A stretch of DNA of 64,000 nucleotides from positions 4,070 to 68,069 of the forward strand of contig CANJHI010000007.1 in NCBI GenBank assembly GCA_947474005.1, given 5' to 3'. Positions 49,053 to 59,111 of this stretch are shown here, piece by piece. The first letter of the stretch is position 1; each line of letters opens with the position of its first letter. Below the pieces are notes generated by a model that saw nothing but the letters and a program-made list of their open reading frames with translations, searched no databases and was not told the origin of the DNA. The translations under genes and the position numbers were made by a program. Source of the DNA: Alphaproteobacteria bacterium. Its GTDB lineage: Bacteria; Pseudomonadota; Alphaproteobacteria; Reyranellales; Reyranellaceae.

Positions 49053-51662
49053 TCAGTAAGTCTTCAGCAGCCGGTCGATGTAGTCGAGTTCGTCCTTCGG
49101 GCGAAGCTGGTCGCCGGCACGACGGCGCAGTTCGTCGAGGATTTCGCGGCTGCGCTGACGCTCGAGTTCGAGCGGAACCTTGTCGGTGCCGGTGTCGACG
49201 GCATCGCCGTAGTTGCCGTCGGAACGGCCGAGCGGGTCGCGGTCCTCGCTCTTGCGCTCGCGCTCCTCGATCTCGGCGAGATCCTGGCCATTGCCCGGCC
49301 CACGCTGGCGCATCTGCTCGGCGAGATCGCCCATGCCCTGCTGGAGGTTGTCCAGCGCGCGCCGCTGCGAGCGCGAGGCCTCGCGCGGATCGCCACGGCG
49401 CAGCGACTCCTCGGCTTCGCGCATGGAACGCTCGGCGCGGCCGAGCGACTCGGGCATCGGCATGCCGTTCTCGTCGAGACGGCGCATCATGTCGCCAAGC
49501 TGGCGGCGCAAGCCTTCCTGCTGACCGCGCTGCTGTTCGCCCCACTGGCCGTCGCCCGGCTGGCCCTGGCCCTGCCCAGGCTGTCCCTGGCCCGGCTGCT
49601 GGCCTTGTTGACCCTGTTGGCCTTGTTGCCCCTGCTGCCCACGCTGTCCCTGCTGGCCGCGTTGTCCCTGCTGGCCCTGCTGACGCCCTTCGCGCTCCGA
49701 TTCGCCCAAAAGCTGGTTCTGGCGGCGCGACAGCCGGTCGAGCTGGTTCATCATCTCACGGCCCTGCTGATTGCCCTGACCCTGCTGACCTTGCTGCCGC
49801 TGCTGCCCTTTCTGGCCGGGCTGCGCCATCATCGGCGTGGCGTTTTCCATCATCTTGCGCAGCTCTTCGAGCATGCGCTTGGCGCCCTCGCGGTCGCCGT
49901 TCTTCGCCATCTCGCGAATCTTGTCGAGCATCTTCTGCAGGTCGTCGCCGGTGATGGTGTTGTTGGGATCCATCTTCTCCGCCTGCTCCTGCATGCGGCG
50001 AAGTTCCTCGGGATCCTTCATCTTCTCGGCGAGTTCGCGCTGCCAGCGGGCCATCGCATCGTAGAGCTGCTGGATCAGCTTCTCGATCTCCTCGTCGCCG
50101 GCCTGGCGCTGCATGGCGTCGCGCAGCTCCTGCCGCGCCTGCTCGAGCGCCCGCTCGGCGTCGGATGTGGCGCCGCTTTCGAGGCGCATCGCCAGATCCC
50201 ACAGAAGCTTCTGCGTCTCGGTGACGGTTTCCTTGATGTTTTCCTTGTCGCCGCCCTGGGCAAGACGCGCCGCGCCGATGCGAAGCCCGAGCTGAACCAC
50301 CGGATCGTTGCGATAATCGTCCGGCCGCACCTGGACCATGCGCATGCCGTCGGCGACATCGATCCGGTATCCGGTGGGATCGCGCGTCAGGGCCTTGCGC
50401 AGGGTGATGAGGGCGCGCGCCGTCGGATCATTGAACACCCGCTCCGGCAGCAGGAAGGTCTCGACCGAGCTCCGACCCTTCTGGCCGATGGCATCGGTGG
50501 CGAACAGCATCACGGTGGTCTTGAGACCGGCCCAGGGATGGCTGGTGAGATCGCGCACGAAGGAGTCCGACACTTTCTTGGAATTGCCGGCAACGGGCAG
50601 GTCGATGCGCAGAACCTCGGGCTCCTCGTCGCTGCTGAGCGCATCGTCGCCCAGCACGCTGCCGTGGAGGCGGATCTGCAACTGCACGCCCGTGACGCCA
50701 AAGTCGTCGCCGGCGATGTAGTCGACCTTGGTCGACCACTTGTCGACGCCGATGGGTCGGGCGAACTCGATGGTCGGCGGCAGGTCGGGGATGACGTGCA
50801 GATTCCAGCGCGCCTGCTCGTCACCGCGGGCCTGCAGGGCGATCTTCTTGCCCTCGGTGATGATCTGCTCGATCTGGTACTTGCCCTTGCCGACGGTCGT
50901 GAACTCGGTGGCCTTGCCGTCGATCACGAGTTGCGGCGGCTTACGGCCGCGCACGTCATCGACGAAGCCGGCGAGCTTGCTGCCGACCGGGACGCGCAGA
51001 ACCTTGTCGTGATCGGCGACGTCGAGATAGACCGGCGGCTTGCCGGTATAGGCCGGCGGCGCGATCCAGAGATTGGCAACCACCGGAGGCGGCGGCGGAA
51101 AGGCCGGCGTGAAGGCTGCCATCATGCGATCGCCGCGCCAGCCGCCGGCGGTCACCACCGCCACGATCAGAAGCAGCAGCGGCACGAGGCGCAACGCCCA
51201 GGTATCGAGCACGGCCAGCCCGGGATGGGCCGGCCGGTTGGCGAGTCCCGCCAGGCGTTCGATTTCGCGGCGGCGATGGGCCTGCCACAGGGCGGCAGCC
51301 ATCGGATCGTCGGCGCCGGCGGCAAGCCGATCCTGAACGGCGACGAGCGGACGGTGCGGCACGCCGCTGTCGCGCTCCAGCCGGCGGATCGCGGCTTCCT
51401 GCGTGGGCCAGGTAAAATTCCTCAGCTCCCACCAGCCGAGGCCGGCAAGGGCGAGCGCCACGACAGCCAGCAGGCCGGTATGCGTCCAGGGCTCCAGCCC
51501 GGCGAAGAGGTCGAGGTGGGCCGCGGCCACGAACAGCGCCACAAAGGCCAGCAGCGGCATCAGCCTCGGCCAGAGGGCTTCCCAGGCGAGCGCTGCCCGG
51601 GCCACGCCGACCTTGCGCCGCAGGCCGGGCGCTTCGATCGTGGAGGTCGGGCTGGCGTCCAT
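49053..51662 (-). CDS. TIGR02302/DUF4175 family membrane-anchored coiled-coil protein
   Basis: LAWEALWPRL start, WIAPPAYTGKPP, PDLPPTI, DDFGV, DPLGR, SREILDELRRR...ELDYIDRLL; conserved position next to lysA. Confidence 0.88.
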   Translation of the reverse strand: MDASPTSTIEAPGLRRKVGVARAALAWEALWPRLMPLLAFVALFVAAAHLDLFAGLEPWTHTGLLAVVALALAGLGWWELRNFTWPTQEAAIRRLERDSGVPHRPLVAVQDRLAAGADDPMAAALWQAHRRREIERLAGLANRPAHPGLAVLDTWALRLVPLLLLIVAVVTAGGWRGDRMMAAFTPAFPPPPPVVANLWIAPPAYTGKPPVYLDVADHDKVLRVPVGSKLAGFVDDVRGRKPPQLVIDGKATEFTTVGKGKYQIEQIITEGKKIALQARGDEQARWNLHVIPDLPPTIEFARPIGVDKWSTKVDYIAGDDFGVTGVQLQIRLHGSVLGDDALSSDEEPEVLRIDLPVAGNSKKVSDSFVRDLTSHPWAGLKTTVMLFATDAIGQKGRSSVETFLLPERVFNDPTARALITLRKALTRDPTGYRIDVADGMRMVQVRPDDYRNDPVVQLGLRIGAARLAQGGDKENIKETVTETQKLLWDLAMRLESGATSDAERALEQARQELRDAMQRQAGDEEIEKLIQQLYDAMARWQRELAEKMKDPEELRRMQEQAEKMDPNNTITGDDLQKMLDKIREMAKNGDREGAKRMLEELRKMMENATPMMAQPGQKGQQRQQGQQGQGNQQGREMMNQLDRLSRRQNQLLGESEREGRQQGQQGQRGQQGQRGQQGQQGQQGQQGQQPGQGQPGQGQGQPGDGQWGEQQRGQQEGLRRQLGDMMRRLDENGMPMPESLGRAERSMREAEESLRRGDPREASRSQRRALDNLQQGMGDLAEQMRQRGPGNGQDLAEIEERERKSEDRDPLGRSDGNYGDAVDTGTDKVPLELERQRSREILDELRRRAGDQLRPKDELDYIDRLLKTY
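49555..49684 (-). repeat. Imperfect 9-bp in-frame tandem repeats coding a Gln/Gly linker
   Basis: GQQGQQGQRGQQGQRGQQGQQGQQGQQGQQPGQGQPGQGQG. Confidence 0.85.
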
Positions 51663-51675
51663 CGCCTTCCTTTCG

Positions 51676-52959
51676 TTACGCCTTTACAGACTCCATCCAG
51701 GGCGGAAACCGCTCGGCGGAGAGCATCTCGTCGATCGTCGGTCTGGGTCTAATGACCGCAAATCGCGTGCCATCGACCATCACTTCCGGTGCCAGGGGAC
51801 GGGTGTTGTAGCTCGACGCCATAACCGCCCCGTAGGCACCCGCCGAGCGTATCATGACGAGGTCTCCGGCAGCCAGCGGCGGCAAATCACGGTTCTGTGC
51901 CAGGAAATCGCCCGATTCGCAGATCGGACCGACAATGTCGCAGCGCATCGTGGCGGTATCTTGACGGGGTTCGCGCACCGGCAGGATGTCGTGCCAGGCC
52001 TCGTAGAGCGTGGGGCGGATGAGATCGTTCATGGCGGCATCGACGATGACGAAAGTCTTTGCCGCGCCGGGCTTCACGAGGATGACCTCGCTCACCAGCA
52101 CGCCCGCCTCGCCGACCAGGCGCCGGCCGGGCTCAAAGGTGAGCTCGCAGCCCAGCCCGTCGGTTTCCCGGGCAACCACGGCCATGAATTCGGCGATCGA
52201 GGGCAGCTTCTCGTCGGCATAAACAATCCCCAGGCCGCCGCCGATATCGAAGCGCTCGATGCGGTGGCCGTCGGTACGCAACTGCCCGATCAGCTCGCGC
52301 ACCCGCGCGATGGCCGCGCGATAGGGTTCTAGCGAGGTGAGCTGGGAGCCGATATGCATGGCCACGCCCACCACCTCGAGATGCGGCTGGCGACCGGCAA
52401 GGGCAAAGGCCTCGCGTGCGAGGTCGATGTCGATGCCGAACTTGTTCTCCTTGCGGCCGGTGGTGATCTTGGCGTGCGTGCCGGCATCGACATCGGGATT
52501 GACCCGGATGGTGATGGCGGCCTTCACGCCGAGCTGGGCGGCGACGGCGTTCAGCGTCTCGATCTCGGCCGAACTCTCGACGTTGATCTGGCCGACGCCG
52601 ACCTGCAGGGCGGCCATCAGCTCCGAGGCCTTCTTGCCGACGCCGGAATAGATGATGCGCTTGGCCGGAATGCCGGCCGCCAGAGCGCGCTGCATCTCAC
52701 CCACCGAGACGATGTCGGCGCCCGCGCCCATCTCGCCGAACAGGCGGACGACGGCCAGGTTGCTGTTGGCCTTCATGGCGTAGCAGACGCTGGCATTCAT
52801 ATTCTTGATGCCCTTGATGCCATCGGCGAATTCGCGCCATGCCGCGCGCAGTGCACCCGCTGAATAACAATAGAAAGGCGTGCCGACCTGGGCCGAGATC
52901 GCGGCCAATGACACACCTTCGGCGTGCATCTCGCCGTCTTGATACTTGAAGAAGCTCAT
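51676..52959 (-). CDS. lysA: Diaminopimelate decarboxylase
   Basis: YAMKANSN (PLP Lys), [44 protein letters not shown]; ATGA overlap with argH. Confidence 0.96.
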   Translation of the reverse strand: MSFFKYQDGEMHAEGVSLAAISAQVGTPFYCYSAGALRAAWREFADGIKGIKNMNASVCYAMKANSNLAVVRLFGEMGAGADIVSVGEMQRALAAGIPAKRIIYSGVGKKASELMAALQVGVGQINVESSAEIETLNAVAAQLGVKAAITIRVNPDVDAGTHAKITTGRKENKFGIDIDLAREAFALAGRQPHLEVVGVAMHIGSQLTSLEPYRAAIARVRELIGQLRTDGHRIERFDIGGGLGIVYADEKLPSIAEFMAVVARETDGLGCELTFEPGRRLVGEAGVLVSEVILVKPGAAKTFVIVDAAMNDLIRPTLYEAWHDILPVREPRQDTATMRCDIVGPICESGDFLAQNRDLPPLAAGDLVMIRSAGAYGAVMASSYNTRPLAPEVMVDGTRFAVIRPRPTIDEMLSAERFPPWMESVKA

Positions 52960-54401
52960 CGTGAACGCCCTAGAAAACGACGCCGTGCTTCCTTGACGGC
53001 GCGCGCGACATTGGCCGGCGCCGTGCCGCCCAGGCTCTTGCGCGCCTTGACCGAGGCCTCGACCGTGAGCACGCGATAGACGCCGCGATTGATCCGCGGC
53101 TCGACGGCCTGCATCTCGGCGAGTGACAGTCTGTCGAGGTCGATGCCCTTGTCGGCGGCCTTGCCGACCAGCGCACCGGTAACGTGATGGGCCTGGCGGA
53201 ACGGCAGGTCGATCTCGCGCACCAGCCAGTCGGCGAGATCGGTCGCCACCGAATAGTCCGCCGAGGCCACCGCACGCATGCGCTCCGGGTTCGCCTTGAG
53301 GTCGCGCACCATGCCGGCCATCGCCGCCACGCCCAGCTCCAGCGAGTCGGCGGCGTCGAACAGCGGCTCCTTGTCCTCCTGCATGTCCTTGCCGTAGGTG
53401 AGCGGCAGGCCCTTCAGCATGGTGCAGATCGCCACGAAGGCGCCGACGATGCGGCCGGTTTTTCCGCGCGTCAGTTCCGCCGCGTCGGGATTGCGCTTCT
53501 GCGGCATGATCGAGCTGCCGGTCGTGAAAGCGTCCGACAGCGCGATGAAGCGGAAGGGCGCCGAGCACCAGATCACGATCTCCTCGGACAGCCGCGACAG
53601 GTGCACGGCCGTCATCGAGGCCGCGGCGATGAATTCGACCACATAGTCGCGGTCGGACACGGCATCGAGCGAATTGGCCATCGGCCGATCGAAGCCCAGC
53701 GCCTTGGCGGTGTGCCGCGGATCGATCGGATGCGGCGAGCCGGCGAGCGCCGCGGCGCCCAGCGGCGACTCGTTCAGTCGTACCCGGCAATCGGCGAGCC
53801 GGCTCCGATCACGCCCGAACATCTCGACATAGGCCAGCAGATGGTGGCCGAAGGTGATCGGCTGCGCCGTCTGGAGGTGCGTAAAACCCGGCATGATGGT
53901 GGCGGCATATTCCTCGGCACGGTCGATCAGGGCTGACTGCAGGTCGGCCAGCATCGGCTCCAGCCGATCGATCGTGTCGCGCACCCACAGCCTGACGTCG
54001 AGCGCCACCTGGTCGTTGCGCGAGCGCGCGGTGTGCAGCCGGCCGCCGGCCGGGCCGATCAGCTCGGTCAGCCGCGCCTCGACGTTGAAATGGATGTCCT
54101 CGAGCTTGGTCGAGAACTTGAAGCGGCCGCTCTCGATCTCGCGGCGGACCTCGATCAGCCCGCGCCGGATGGCGCGTCCGTCCTTGGCCGTCAGGATGCC
54201 TTGGGCCACCAGCATGTCGGCATGCGCCAGCGAACCGGCGATGTCCTGCGCGTACAGCCGCCGGTCGAAACCGATGGAGGCGTTGATCCGCTCCATGATT
54301 TCCGCCGGGCCGAGCTTGTAGCGGCCGCCCCACATCGTGTTGGAGCGACTCTTCGGCGCCCCCGCCTTGAGCACTCGCGCAGTCGTGTTCTTTCGTGCCA
54401 T
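52956..54401 (-). CDS. argH: Argininosuccinate lyase (start may be the internal MWGGRY)
   Basis: [36 protein letters not shown]. Confidence 0.97.
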   Translation of the reverse strand: MARKNTTARVLKAGAPKSRSNTMWGGRYKLGPAEIMERINASIGFDRRLYAQDIAGSLAHADMLVAQGILTAKDGRAIRRGLIEVRREIESGRFKFSTKLEDIHFNVEARLTELIGPAGGRLHTARSRNDQVALDVRLWVRDTIDRLEPMLADLQSALIDRAEEYAATIMPGFTHLQTAQPITFGHHLLAYVEMFGRDRSRLADCRVRLNESPLGAAALAGSPHPIDPRHTAKALGFDRPMANSLDAVSDRDYVVEFIAAASMTAVHLSRLSEEIVIWCSAPFRFIALSDAFTTGSSIMPQKRNPDAAELTRGKTGRIVGAFVAICTMLKGLPLTYGKDMQEDKEPLFDAADSLELGVAAMAGMVRDLKANPERMRAVASADYSVATDLADWLVREIDLPFRQAHHVTGALVGKAADKGIDLDRLSLAEMQAVEPRINRGVYRVLTVEASVKARKSLGGTAPANVARAVKEARRRFLGRSR

Positions 54402-54436
54402 GAATTCGAGCCACTGATTCTATAGGAACGCGGCTT

Positions 54437-55015
54437 ATGGCATATCCCGTCCCCAATTTCCTCCCCGGCCGGAGGTACATTCTCTCCGGTGTCTTGGCCG
54501 GTGTCTCGGCCGGTGGCCTGGCAGCCCTTGCGCTTCCCGCGCGGGCGGCGGGAGAAATGGCCCGGTTCAAGAAGGCCGCGACACCCAAGCCGCTGCCCGA
54601 TCTCGCGTTCCAGGACGCCGACGACAAGCCGTTGCGCTTCGCCGATTTCCGCGGCCGGGCATTGCTGATCAATTTCTGGGCGACCTGGTGTGCGCCGTGC
54701 GTCAAGGAGATGCCGAGCCTCGACCGGCTGCAGGCGATGTTTCCCGAGAACAAGTTCCTCATCCTGCCCTTGTCGATCGACGGTCCGACGCGGCCCAAGG
54801 TCGCGCCGTTCTACAAGGACCAGAAGCTCACCCACCTCGGCATCTATTTCGACAAGGGCCGCAAGGCCATGCAGGCGCTCGACGTGTCGCTGCTGCCGAC
54901 CTCGATCCTGGTCGATCCCACGGGGCGCGAACTCGGCCGGCTGGAAGGCGACGCCGACTGGGACATGCCCGAAGGTGTCGCCCTGATGAAGGCGGCCATC
55001 GCCGGCCAGAGCTGA
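54437..55015 (+). CDS. tlpA: TlpA-family thiol:disulfide oxidoreductase
   Basis: RRYIL export signal; NFWATWCAPCVKEMPSL; LPTSILVD. Confidence 0.9.
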   Translation: MAYPVPNFLPGRRYILSGVLAGVSAGGLAALALPARAAGEMARFKKAATPKPLPDLAFQDADDKPLRFADFRGRALLINFWATWCAPCVKEMPSLDRLQAMFPENKFLILPLSIDGPTRPKVAPFYKDQKLTHLGIYFDKGRKAMQALDVSLLPTSILVDPTGRELGRLEGDADWDMPEGVALMKAAIAGQS

Positions 55016-55029
55016 CGAGACGAACGCCT

Positions 55030-55513
55030 TCAGCCCAGCTCTATGACAATTTTCGAATCTGCGAAAAGGTAGACAAACGATCCCAATGACAAGATCGCGG
55101 CGCCGGCATAGACCGCCCCTTGCGACAGATGAAAGGTCCCGGCCAACCAGTCGGCGGATTCGCTAATCACGATCACCATCACGACCAGATGCCATGCCCG
55201 AAGGAACCGGCGCCGCGCCTGTCGGGCAAGCAGGGCGCTCGCAGGCACGCCATCCTTCTCTAGTCGGCAATAGACCGCAAAGTTCCGAAGCCTTGCCTCG
55301 AATGACACACGATAATGATGTCCAGCCACGTCGAATTCGTGTGAGCTACCGCCCCGCAGGGCGCGTTTCTCGGAGACCAGCACGCCGTCGAGATGGACAC
55401 GCTCAAGCCCGGTGAATGCCGAGCACCACGCGGCTATATGACGGCCTTCATCGGAAAAGACGAACCAGAAGCCACCAAGAAACGACCCCCCCCGATGTCT
55501 CCGGAGGCGTCAC
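55030..55513 (-). pseudogene. Membrane protein gene frameshifted at a G8 tract (160 aa if G7)
   Basis: The 55030-55383 frame stays open and protein-like upstream (FLGGFWFVFSDEGRHIAAWCSAFTGLERVHLDG) without a start codon; GTG at 55513 is one base out of frame across C8 at 55486-55493. Confidence 0.6.
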
Positions 55514-55520
55514 GCGATCA

Positions 55521-56393
55521 TCAGCGCGTCGGGACCGGGCGCTCGCCGGAATAGTCGTAGAAGCCGCGCTTGACCTTGCGGCCGATCCAGCCGGCCTCGA
55601 CATACTTCACGAGCAGCGGGCACGGCCGATACTTGGAGTCGGCCAGGCCTTCGTGCAGGACCTGCATCACCGAGAGGCACGTATCGAGGCCAATGAAGTC
55701 GGCGAGTTCGAGCGGGCCCATCGGATGGTTGGCGCCGAGCTTCATGCCGGTATCGATCGCCTCGACGTTGCCGACGCCCTCATAGAGGGCATAGACCGCC
55801 TCGTTGATCATCGGCAGCAGGATGCGATTGACGATGAAGGCCGGAAAGTCCTCGGCATTCACCGGTTTCTTGTCGAGCTTGACCACGACCTCGCGCACCG
55901 TGCGGAAGGTCTCTTCCTCGGTGGCGATGCCGCGGATGAGCTCGACCAGTCCCATCAGCGGGACCGGGTTCATGAAGTGCATGCCCATGAACTTGCCGGG
56001 ACGATCGGTCACCGACGCGAGACGCGTCACCGAGATCGACGAGGTGTTGGTGGCGAGCAGCACGTTAGCCGGCAAGTCGACGCAGACCTTCTTGAATATC
56101 TCGCGCTTCACCGACTCGTTTTCGGTCGCCGCCTCGACGATCAGGTCGCAGTCGGCGAATGCCTTGTAGTCGACAGCGGTCGTGATACGGCCCAGCGCCG
56201 AATCCTTGTCCTCGGGCCGGATCATGCCGCGACCGATCTGCCGGTCCATATTGCGGCCGATCGCGTCGAGGCCCTTGTCGAGATGCGCCTGGTCGACGTC
56301 CGCGAGACGGATGTCGAAGCCTTTGAGCGCGCAGACATGGGCGATGCCGCTGCCCATCTGGCCGGCACCGATGACGCCGATGCGCTTGATCAT
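55521..56393 (-). CDS. hbd: 3-hydroxybutyryl-CoA dehydrogenase
   Basis: GVIGAGQMGSGIA, EAATEN, TNTSSISV, GMHFMNP, HPMGPLELADFIGLD. Confidence 0.95.
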   Translation of the reverse strand: MIKRIGVIGAGQMGSGIAHVCALKGFDIRLADVDQAHLDKGLDAIGRNMDRQIGRGMIRPEDKDSALGRITTAVDYKAFADCDLIVEAATENESVKREIFKKVCVDLPANVLLATNTSSISVTRLASVTDRPGKFMGMHFMNPVPLMGLVELIRGIATEEETFRTVREVVVKLDKKPVNAEDFPAFIVNRILLPMINEAVYALYEGVGNVEAIDTGMKLGANHPMGPLELADFIGLDTCLSVMQVLHEGLADSKYRPCPLLVKYVEAGWIGRKVKRGFYDYSGERPVPTR

Positions 56394-56429
56394 GATGGGT
56401 ACTCCCAATATCCCGCAGGGCGGGCGAAC

Positions 56430-57365
56430 TTATTTCTTCTCGACCGCCGCGGTCAGCTCAGGAACGATCTGGAACAGATCGCCGACGATGCCGTAGTCGG
56501 CCACCTGGAAGATCGGCGCTTCCTCGTCCTTGTTGATCGCCACGATGGTCTTGCTGTCCTTCATCCCGGCGAGATGCTGGATCGCGCCGGAGATGCCGAT
56601 GGCAATATAGAGATCGGGGGCGACCACCTTGCCGGTCTGCCCGACCTGATAATCGTTCGGCACATAGCCCGCGTCCACCGCCGCGCGGCTGGCGCCGAGG
56701 CCTGCGCCCATCACGTCAGCGAGCTTCTCGAGCATCTTGAAGTTCTCACCACTGGCGAGGCCACGGCCGCCCGAGATCACGATCTTGGCGCTGGTCAGTT
56801 CGGGCCGCTCGCTCTTGGAGAGTTCGGCACCGACAAAAGACGACAGCCCGCTGCCGCCCGTCCCACCGATCTGCTCGATCGCCGCCGAACCGCTGCCGAC
56901 GACGGCCTTGAAGTTGGTCGGGCGGATCGTCACGACCTTGATCTTGTCGCTCGACTGCACCGTGGCCATGGCGTTGCCGGCATAGATCGGCCGCACGAAG
57001 GTATCGGGCGAGACGACCTGGATGGCCTCCGAGACTTGCGCCACGTCGAGCAGTGCCGCGACACGCGGGGCGATGTTCTTGCCGACAGAATCGGCTGCCA
57101 TCACGATATGGCTGTAGTTCGGCGCCAGCTTGACGACCAGCGGCGCGATATCCTCGGCCAGCCAGTTGCCATAGGCCGCATCCTCGGCCTGAAGCACCTT
57201 AGCCACGCCCTGGATGGCGGCGGCCGACTTGGCCGCGTCGCCGGCGTTGCTGCCGGCCACCAGGACATGCACGTCCGAACCCATCTGGGAAGCCGCGGCA
57301 ACGGCGTTGGCGACGTTGGCGCGGACAGTCTTGCCGTCATGCGCGGCGACAACCAGGATGGCCAT
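56430..57365 (-). CDS. etfA: Electron transfer flavoprotein alpha subunit
   Basis: [47 protein letters not shown]. Confidence 0.96.
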   Translation of the reverse strand: MAILVVAAHDGKTVRANVANAVAAASQMGSDVHVLVAGSNAGDAAKSAAAIQGVAKVLQAEDAAYGNWLAEDIAPLVVKLAPNYSHIVMAADSVGKNIAPRVAALLDVAQVSEAIQVVSPDTFVRPIYAGNAMATVQSSDKIKVVTIRPTNFKAVVGSGSAAIEQIGGTGGSGLSSFVGAELSKSERPELTSAKIVISGGRGLASGENFKMLEKLADVMGAGLGASRAAVDAGYVPNDYQVGQTGKVVAPDLYIAIGISGAIQHLAGMKDSKTIVAINKDEEAPIFQVADYGIVGDLFQIVPELTAAVEKK

Positions 57366-57367
57366 GA

Positions 57368-58117
57368 TCAGATCACTCCCGCTTCGTTGCGCAACTTGTC
57401 GACCAGTTCGGCGACCGTCTTCACCTTGATGCCGGCCTTGCGCTTGGGCGGCTCCTCGACCTTGAGCGTCTTGATGCGCGGCGCCACGTCGACACCCAGC
57501 GCATCCGGCGCCAGAACCTCGATCGGCTTCTTCTTGGCCTTCATGATGTTCGGCAGCGAGGCGTAGCGCGGCTCGCAAAGTCGCAGGTCGGTGGTGATCA
57601 CTGCGGGCAACTTGATCTTGATGTTCTCGAGGCCGCCGTCGACCTCGCGCTTCACTTCGGCCCAGCCGTCGGCAAAATTCAGCTTGTTGGCGAAGGTGCC
57701 CTGCGACCAGCCGAGCAACGCGGCCAGCATCTGGCCGGTCTGGTTGGAGTCGTCGTCGATCGCCTGCTTGCCGACGATCACCAGGCCGGGCTGCTCCTTG
57801 TCGACCACCGCCTTCAACAGCTTGGCAACGGCCAGCGGCTGAAGCTCGGCGTCGGTCTGAACGAGGACGCCGCGGTCGGCGCCCATGGCGAGCGCGGTGC
57901 GGATCGTCTCCTGGCACTGCACGGGACCTGCGGAAAAGGCGATGACCTCGGTTGCGAGGCCCTTCTCCTTCATGCGGAGCGCCTCTTCCACGGCGATCTC
58001 ATCGAAGGGGTTCATGGACATCTTGACGTTCGCCGTCTCGACACCCGTGTTGTCGGCCTTTACGCGGATCTTGACGTTGTAGTCGATGACCCGCTTGACC
58101 GCGACCAGCACTTTCAT
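57368..58117 (-). CDS. etfB: Electron transfer flavoprotein beta subunit
   Basis: [49 protein letters not shown]. Confidence 0.97.
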   Translation of the reverse strand: MKVLVAVKRVIDYNVKIRVKADNTGVETANVKMSMNPFDEIAVEEALRMKEKGLATEVIAFSAGPVQCQETIRTALAMGADRGVLVQTDAELQPLAVAKLLKAVVDKEQPGLVIVGKQAIDDDSNQTGQMLAALLGWSQGTFANKLNFADGWAEVKREVDGGLENIKIKLPAVITTDLRLCEPRYASLPNIMKAKKKPIEVLAPDALGVDVAPRIKTLKVEEPPKRKAGIKVKTVAELVDKLRNEAGVI

Positions 58118-58173
58118 CGCGTTGCGCCTATAGGTGAGTTGCGGCCGAGCGACCCGCCCGGCGAAGGGGTTTT

Positions 58174-58203
58174 CGTGTACGGGGCCTCAGCCGATCATGT
58201 CAA
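58174..58203 (-). promoter_or_regulatory. Putative sigma70 promoter of etfBA-hbd
   Basis: TTGACA-N18-TACACG on the minus strand, about 57 bp upstream of etfB. Confidence 0.45.
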
Positions 58204-58272
58204 GACTATGTCGCGCTGCACAAAACCGCACAGTGGAAGCTTTTTCCTTGATCTTTCAACAGCTTGAGGCTT

Positions 58273-58869
58273 TTAGCGACTGCCTCCGGGCACCCACAAC
58301 ACATCCGTCGCGCCGTTATCGTTGAGCCGGCGCCCCAGCACGAACAGGTGATCGGAGAGCCGGTTGATGTACTTGATCGCCTCCGGGTTGATCTCCTGTT
58401 CGGCGGCCAATCTCGTCATGCAGCGCTCCGCCCGGCGCGAGACCGTGCGTCCAAGATGCAACCACGCAGCGACCTCGCTGCCGCCGGGCAGGATGAAGGA
58501 ACTGAGCGGCGCGAGCTCGGCGTTCATGACATCGATCTCCTTCTCGAGGCGTTCGACCTGGCTCGGTACGATGCGCAAGGCGCCCTCGCCGCGCTTGGCC
58601 TTGCCTTCGGGGGTGCAGAGATCGGCGCCGAGATCGAACAGGTCGTTCTGGATACGCCCGAGCATCGCGTTCGCCTCGCTCAAGCGAGGATCGCCGAGAA
58701 CGGTGCGGTCGATGGCGCTGCGGGCAAGACCGATGACGGAATTGGTTTCGTCGACCGTGCCGTAGGCCTCGACGCGGATATCGTGCTTGGCGACGCGCTC
58801 GCCACGGCCGAGCGACGTTTGTCCGGCATCGCCGCCGCGCGTGTAGATACGGTCGAGATTGACGGCCAT
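58273..58869 (-). CDS. pduO: ATP:cob(I)alamin adenosyltransferase (PduO type)
   Basis: IYTRGGDAGQT, AYGTVDETNS, IQNDLFDLGADL, FILPGG, RRAER, YINRLSDHLF. Confidence 0.94.
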   Translation of the reverse strand: MAVNLDRIYTRGGDAGQTSLGRGERVAKHDIRVEAYGTVDETNSVIGLARSAIDRTVLGDPRLSEANAMLGRIQNDLFDLGADLCTPEGKAKRGEGALRIVPSQVERLEKEIDVMNAELAPLSSFILPGGSEVAAWLHLGRTVSRRAERCMTRLAAEQEINPEAIKYINRLSDHLFVLGRRLNDNGATDVLWVPGGSR

Positions 58870-58874
58870 CGATT

Positions 58875-59087
58875 TCAGCTCCGGCTTGCGAGGTACCACA
58901 GAAGAATGAGAACGATCGTCAGGAACTGAAGGCGCACGCGCCACCACATGAACCGGTTGCTGCGCCGGCCGCCCTCGGTGGTCCCCTCGACATTGCGGCT
59001 CATGCTGATGAGGCCGGCGAACAGCGCGCCGAGCGTGGCCAGCATGGACACGATGACCAGGACGAACAGGATGTTGGCGATGTTCAT
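58875..59087 (-). CDS. Twin transmembrane helix small protein (HIG1-like)
   Basis: 70 aa; two TM helices with SNRFMWWRVRLQ; usual position upstream of pduO. Confidence 0.85.
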   Translation of the reverse strand: MNIANILFVLVIVSMLATLGALFAGLISMSRNVEGTTEGGRRSNRFMWWRVRLQFLTIVLILLWYLASRS

Positions 59088-59111
59088 GCAACTCTCCTCC
59101 CGTCTCTTCTA

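Noticed and set aside
58204-58240. RegR/PrrA box upstream of etfB
   Set aside because: Three mismatches to the GNGRCRTTNNGNCGC consensus; too weak to support
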